Assembly: GCA_013426805.1 (NCBI GenBank)
Contig: JACDZG010000011.1
Location: 4,942-28,941, forward strand
Direction of reading: 5' to 3'
DNA from: Chromatiaceae bacterium
Lineage (GTDB): Bacteria; Pseudomonadota; Gammaproteobacteria; Chromatiales; Chromatiaceae
Length of the DNA: 24,000 nucleotides
Shown here piece after piece: positions 22,634 to 24,000 of the stretch (positions are counted from its first letter, which is position 1; each line of letters opens with the position of its first letter). Under the pieces are notes generated by a model that saw only the letters and a list, made by a program, of their open reading frames with translations, had not been told where the DNA came from and did no database searches. The position numbers were made by a program, and so were the translations under genes.

Positions 22634-23698
22634 ATGACCAGACAGTCGACCCTGGGCGCTTTACTGCGCAGCCAGGGGGTAAGCCGTCGCGCCTTTCTCA
22701 AGTTCTGCACCACCACCGCCTCGGTGATGGCCTTGCCGGCAGCGCTGATACCGGTCATGGCCGATGCCTTGGAGCAGGCTCAGCGCCAATCGGTGATCTG
22801 GTTGTCCTTTCAAGAGTGCACTGGCTGCACCGAGGCCCTGACCCGCTCGCATGCCCCGACCCTGGAGGGGCTGATCTTCGACTTCATCTCGCTGGACTAT
22901 CACCACACCCTTCAGGCCGCGTCCGGGCGCGCCGCCGAAGCGGCGCGGGAAGAGGCCATGCGGGAGCACGCGGGCAAGTATCTGCTGTTGGTCGACGGTT
23001 CCATCCCCACGGTGAAGGCGTATTCGACCATTGCCGGCATCAGCAATCTGGACATGCTCAGGAACTCGGCAGTCAACGCGGCAGCGCTTATCGCCGTCGG
23101 CACCTGCGCGGCCTACGGCGGTCTGCCCATGGCGGCCCCCAACCCCACCAGCGCCGTGCCGGTTTCCGACCTGATCACCGACAAGCCGATCATCAACGTC
23201 CCGGGCTGCCCGCCGCTGCCGCTGGCGATCACCGGGGTCATCGCCCACTACCTGACACTGGGCACCTTGCCCGCACTCGACGCGCTGGGCCGGCCGCTCG
23301 CCTTCTTCGGCGAAAACATCCACGACCGCTGTTACCGCCGCCCCTTCTACGACCGCGGACTCTTCGCCGAGACCTTCGACGATGTCGGCGCACGCAAGGG
23401 CTGGTGTCTCTACAAGCTGGGTTGCAAGGGGCCGGTGGCCTACAACGCCTGCGCCCATGTGAAATGGAATCAGGGGGTGAGCTTCCCGATTCAATCCGGC
23501 CACGGCTGCATCGGTTGCTCCGAGCCCGGCTTTTGGGACAGCGCCGGGATCTATGAATCCATCGCCGACGGCCAGTTCGGAACCGGACCGAAGCTCGCCT
23601 CGGCCGCCGTGGTGGGTGCCGTGGCCGGTGCCGGTGCCGCCCTGCTCGCCCGCGGCAAGAAGGAAAAGAAGGCGGCTGCCCACGCGGCCAACGAATAA
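22634..23698 (+). CDS. hynS: [NiFe]-hydrogenase small subunit, Tat-exported, Isp-type (group 1e-like)
   Basis: GGAGGA RBS. Twin-arginine signal SRRAFLKF. FeS-cluster Cys motifs are ECTGCTE, GTCAAYGG, VPGCPP, CLYKLGCKGP, GHGCIGCSEPGFWD. There is a C-terminal hydrophobic anchor plus a KKEKK tail. Confidence 0.9.
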   Translation: MTRQSTLGALLRSQGVSRRAFLKFCTTTASVMALPAALIPVMADALEQAQRQSVIWLSFQECTGCTEALTRSHAPTLEGLIFDFISLDYHHTLQAASGRAAEAAREEAMREHAGKYLLLVDGSIPTVKAYSTIAGISNLDMLRNSAVNAAALIAVGTCAAYGGLPMAAPNPTSAVPVSDLITDKPIINVPGCPPLPLAITGVIAHYLTLGTLPALDALGRPLAFFGENIHDRCYRRPFYDRGLFAETFDDVGARKGWCLYKLGCKGPVAYNACAHVKWNQGVSFPIQSGHGCIGCSEPGFWDSAGIYESIADGQFGTGPKLASAAVVGAVAGAGAALLARGKKEKKAAAHAANE

Positions 23699-23738
23699 CA
23701 AAACGATCCAAGCAAAGGATCAAGCGGAGGACCTCCCT

Positions 23739-24000
23739 ATGACACTGTTAGAGTTTGCACGTGGCCCAGCGATTCATTGGGCGCTGATCATCCTGGTCGC
23801 CGGCACCATCTGGCGCCTGCTCGGCGTCTTGGTACTGACGCGCGGGGGGGACCTGTCCCGACCGCGGGACGCGTTCGGCAACTACAAGGGCTATCGCACC
23901 GTATTCAGTCGCGCCTGGCCCAGCAGCGAGTTCAACGTCGCCACCCGCTACCAGACGATCGTCGCCTATCTCTTCCATTTCGCCACGCTGATCGTCGTCG
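23739..24000 (+). CDS. isp1: Isp1-like (DsrM/NarI-like) membrane di-haem b protein, 5' part; continues beyond the window
   Basis: GGAGGA RBS. MTLLEFARGPAIHWALIILVAGTIWRLLG resembles the N-terminus of DsrM/Isp1-type proteins. It sits directly after the small subunit, as in the hynS-isp1-isp2-hynL arrangement. Confidence 0.6.
   Translation, partial: MTLLEFARGPAIHWALIILVAGTIWRLLGVLVLTRGGDLSRPRDAFGNYKGYRTVFSRAWPSSEFNVATRYQTIVAYLFHFATLIVV

Noticed and set aside
22661-23723. 346-aa and 161-aa minus-strand ORFs and a 246-aa plus-strand ORF overlapping hynS
   Set aside because: The hynS frame carries the Tat signal and all FeS Cys motifs. The alternatives are GC-driven open frames.

Overview
High-G+C proteobacterial chromosome segment. 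It most resembles a purple sulfur bacterium (Chromatiaceae, Thiocapsa/Allochromatium-like), because it carries bchI-bchD-bchO, a bciB-like gene, and a Tat-dependent [NiFe]-hydrogenase small subunit followed directly by an isp1-like membrane protein gene. The window has two parts. (A) Bases 1 to ~10490 are an accessory, compositionally uneven defence/addiction island. It holds a 5'-truncated DUF3696-type ATPase coupled to a protein with a MIT_C/PLD-like C-terminus, an orphan RES-domain protein, and an IS4-family IS with 16-bp inverted repeats and a 10-bp target duplication. It also holds two vapBC modules, an ABC/AAA-type ATPase overlapping a small PD-(D/E)xK-like protein (my best candidate for an undescribed defence module), and two copies of a ~140-bp structured repeat that bracket that cassette. 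The island ends in a graveyard of decayed toxin-antitoxin genes: an antitoxin with a truncated ParE/RelE, a DUF4160 stump next to an AT-rich MITE-like element, and a DUF2442 gene cleanly split by an IS200/IS605 element (tnpA/tnpB). (B) Bases ~10490-24000 look like core genome: ADP-ribosylglycohydrolase, a SWIM-SNF2 helicase, bciB-like reductase, an alpha/beta hydrolase, and bchIDO preceded by two TGT-N12-ACA (PpsR/CrtJ-type) palindromes. This is followed by an AT-richer regulatory region with a near-consensus sigma70 promoter, a 34-codon hydrophobic ORF and FNR-type boxes, then hynS-isp1. No rRNA, tRNA or CRISPR array was seen. Most long antisense ORFs in the track are GC-driven artefacts. All family assignments come from motif recognition by eye. 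No database search was run.
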